Shown here in pieces: positions 61,101 to 64,000 of a stretch of DNA of 64,000 nucleotides. Source of the DNA: Yuukianura sp. NJ FZ-2021 (lineage: Eukaryota). The DNA lies in NCBI GenBank assembly GCA_046563655.1, contig CM102289.1, positions 8,122,001 through 8,186,000 on the forward strand, read 5' to 3'. The notes beneath the pieces were generated by a model. It had not been told where the DNA came from. It searched no databases and saw only the letters and a program-made list of their open reading frames with translations. Every line of letters starts with the position of its first letter. Position 1 is the stretch's first letter. A program made the position numbers and the translations under genes.

Positions 61101-63006
61101 TGATGGATTGGAAGCAATAGGCGAATCGAATTGTAGAAACAGCATTGCTTTTTAGAAATATTTCAAAACGGACAGTTAAATAATTTCGAAATGTGAAAAA
61201 AAAACTTTTTTTTGGGTGTTAGTAAGTAGCTGGCACGAGTTTCGAAATGGGCGTCGCTTTGTTTGTACTTAAGATTCTCAATTTAAAAAAAAACGACCAG
61301 TGTTTACGGTTGATTTGTCTTTTTTTAGTTTTGCTACAAGTCTAGTATTTGATGGAATTTTTTTTTGTAGGTTAGGGTTTTGCAAGGGTACGGGATTTAA
61401 AAAAACTCGTGATTTTGGCAAAGTACAGTTTAAAAAGTTGAGTCGCAATATTTTTGTTGCAAGTGACACCATTTTCGCATTGAATTGAAAAACAACTTTT
61501 TGGATTCTTTCTTTTGCTTAAATGGCGACACACGACAAGCTTATTCTATTGTTGTTGGAGCAGGTGAAGAGGGGATAATAATTGCAAATTGCGAACAAGC
61601 AAAGTAACCCACTTCAGAGAAAGACGTAAAAACATTTCATTGTTTGGAACCACCCGCTCTTTTGAGTTAGTGGACAGTTAAACAGCGTTTTATTGATGTG
61701 GGGCGTTTTGAAACTTTTTTTTGAGGTAGAACAGAAGTAATGAATCTTTAGTCGTTTGTAGCATGTCCAACTCAAGTTCAATTTTTTTCACTTAAAAAAT
61801 TAAACTGCAGCACAAGCTTAAAAAAATTAAGTGCATTGTACTTTTTTTTGAAAAAAAATTAGAGCAACTGTGAGGAGTTAAACTTGATTGCTTTCGAGCG
61901 AAATGAAAGTGCATTTGTTTGATACTTTACAAGAAAAAGTTGATTTTTGTTTAGTTGTTGAGTATTTTGGAATGTAAGTGAATTTAAAATGTTATTTTTG
62001 CAGGCTTTTGGAAATGCGAAAACAGCCCACAACAACAACTCCAGTCGCTTTGGAAAGTTTATCCAAGTTAGTTATCGTGAAAATGGAATGGTTCATGGGT
62101 AAGTGACTTTTTCATCAATTCCGTTTTATTGAATTATTTTCCGCTTCATGAAATTTTGGTAAAGGAGAAGATGAATTAAAATTCAATTGTGTTTCAAGTA
62201 TTTGAAGTTTGGCTTTTGATTGAAAAAGAGAAATTTTTAAATTTTCTACTTTTTTGGTTTCACTCAGATGCTTAGAGCGAAGCTGATTAACTTTTACTGT
62301 GCTTCCTGATTGATGAATTGTTTTTTAAAATTAATTTGACGAAAGAAATTTTTACTAAAAGCAAAAAAGTGCCCACAGCTATGAAGTTTTTTCAGTTTAA
62401 AAAAAAAGGATTTTTTGCGTTGTGCTTTTGAACCTGAGCATTAGTTGGGGAAGACGGGGATGCCCTTGGCTGGTTCCCAACTTCTTTTTTTTTAAGTGTG
62501 TGAAGATGTGCAATTTTCTTTTATTGTTTTCTTTCCTTTGCCCTAATATTTTTCCTGTGGTGAGGTCAACTTAAAATCTGTGACGACTAACTCCGATTTG
62601 ATCCGCACTGTGAAAAGTATGATAAAAAAAATGAGGTTGTTTTCACTTTGAAAAACAAAATGCAGTTTGGAGGATAATGCATTTTTAACAATGGGGGTGA
62701 CTCGTTGCAAATTGCACACTGTGGTTCCGAATTGATTGAGGAAATATTAATTAACCGAACCTACCATACTATGGATTTATATAAGTTCTTTGTTTTTATA
62801 TGAAATTGTAATTGGCTTGTTTTGTTTTTGGTGTAACTTGTAGAGCTATCGTCCAGAAGTACCTGTTGGAGAAGTCACGTATTTGTTGCCAAGCAAAGAA
62901 TGAGCGGAACTATCATGTGTTCTACTATTTGCTGGCAGGAGCAAACGAGTCTGAAAGGAATTCCTTGGCACTCCTCCCTCCCAGCAGTTACCATTACCTC
63001 AATCAG
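49121..63006 (+). CDS. MYO9: Class IX myosin, 5' part (RA domain + start of motor). Exons 49121-50032, 62004-62098, 62844-63006; continues beyond the window
   Basis: RA domain (YELAEV...KERRL...P); [94 protein letters not shown]. Confidence 0.93.
50238..50321. repeat. 37-bp-arm hairpin with a 10-nt loop in the Myo9 intron
   Basis: catccaaaatccagtattatgctggcagtatatactg / cagtatatactgccagtataatactggatgttgggtg; three non-Watson-Crick positions. Confidence 0.8.
52005..52039. repeat. Perfect 14-bp inverted repeat
   Basis: tacatagtatgtgg-catgcat-ccacatactatgta. Confidence 0.7.
56845..56994. repeat. Degenerate inverted-repeat element (old MITE?)
   Basis: gccgatttgacactt ... aagtgtcaattcggc, with ttaa at both outer ends. 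Confidence 0.4.
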
Positions 63007-64000
63007 GTCAGTCAACTAACCTAAACCATTGCATTGTTCGTCAATAAGGCAAATTTTAGGCTGCGCCGACTCTGTTGGTGTATATGAGTTGCCACGAGTT
63101 GGAAGTGTCAAGTTAGTAACATACTTTGCCAGTTGGCAGTGGGGGGAAGGTGGTACAAGGAACAGATCGCCTGGTAAATGTGCCACCATTGACGAAAAAG
63201 TGAATTTTCATGAATGGAGAGGTATGTGGTACAGATGAAATCAAAAATGACAATTGAGTTGTGGTGACGTTTTGTAAAGTTGATGCATGATGCAGCGGAT
63301 ACATACATTAGGATTGGTTCATTTTCATTCATTGTCAGTCAACCAAAACACAAGTAGACAACGAGTTAAGTTGGAAATGGAAGCACAAGGGGACATACAT
63401 GACTTTGTTGTCAAATTAATTGTGATGTCAATGACCATCGGAGGAGATGAGGGTGTGGTCCAGGGATGCTTGCGGCTGCTCATCTTCGTCCAAAATGAAA
63501 GTGAAGTGGAATGGCACTTGACTCCTTGTCAAATTCCTTTATCTGCAGTTGTACAGTGTTGTCTACACTAAATAGATAAAAGACACAAACAAAATCAAAT
63601 AATTTTGTGTTTGTTTGCTTTTTGTTTCCCCCCATATTTCACAACTCTTGTGAGGTAATGGGGAAATCGATTAAATAAAGATCGAGAATTATTTTTTTTT
63701 TATGTTTTTGTTTAATTGGTTTATTTGATTTGGTAGCAATTTCCCCCCATATTCATACGATTTTTTTCAAAGAAATGTCATCCCCATAAGAATTTAGTGG
63801 TGTCTACTTTTTAGGTGAACTACACTGTACATGCGATGTTTACTTCCCTGTTTATTTGGTATTGTTAAAGTGGATAATTAAATGAATTGTTTTGAAATTG
63901 GGCTTGGCCTTAGCCTGTTAACACTTTCTAAGGTGCTGAGGAAGAAGTTTCCTTGAGATGAGAATGTAAGTGTGTATTTATGTGTGTAAACGCACTTTCC

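Noticed and set aside
50534..61488. Many 60-127 aa K/F/N-rich ORFs in the ~12-kb Myo9 intron
   Set aside because: Composition reflects AT-rich intronic DNA with homopolymer runs; no motifs or consistent exon structure.

Overview
Eukaryotic (animal, most likely arthropod) genomic DNA with short GT-AG introns. A compact hexapod such as a springtail is a guess only. 1-~7.5 kb (minus strand) is the 5' part of an apparently intact Ty3/gypsy LTR retrotransposon: gag with two zinc knuckles, a G-GGA-AAC -1 frameshift site, and a stop-free PR-RT-RH-IN pol running off the left edge. It carries an extra intronless ORF upstream of and overlapping gag that encodes a membrane-type matrix metalloproteinase (signal peptide, furin site, zinc-binding motif, Met-turn, hemopexin-like region, TM helix). 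A splice acceptor just before the gag ATG suggests MMP and gag-pol come from differently spliced RNAs. This is the most unusual system in the window. 7.5-39.5 kb is a gene-dense host block: DCTD, a small secreted Cys-rich protein, an SLC22 transporter, CDK11, a FAM166-like gene, STX18, DDX47, COPE, a HINE/DINE-1-like element, HAX1-like, IFT46, CFAP65 and TYW3. The three ciliary genes each have an upstream X-box. 39.5-64 kb is mostly non-coding and holds the 5' part of a class IX myosin gene, hAT MITEs and hairpins. All calls come from manual reading and translation; no searches were run.
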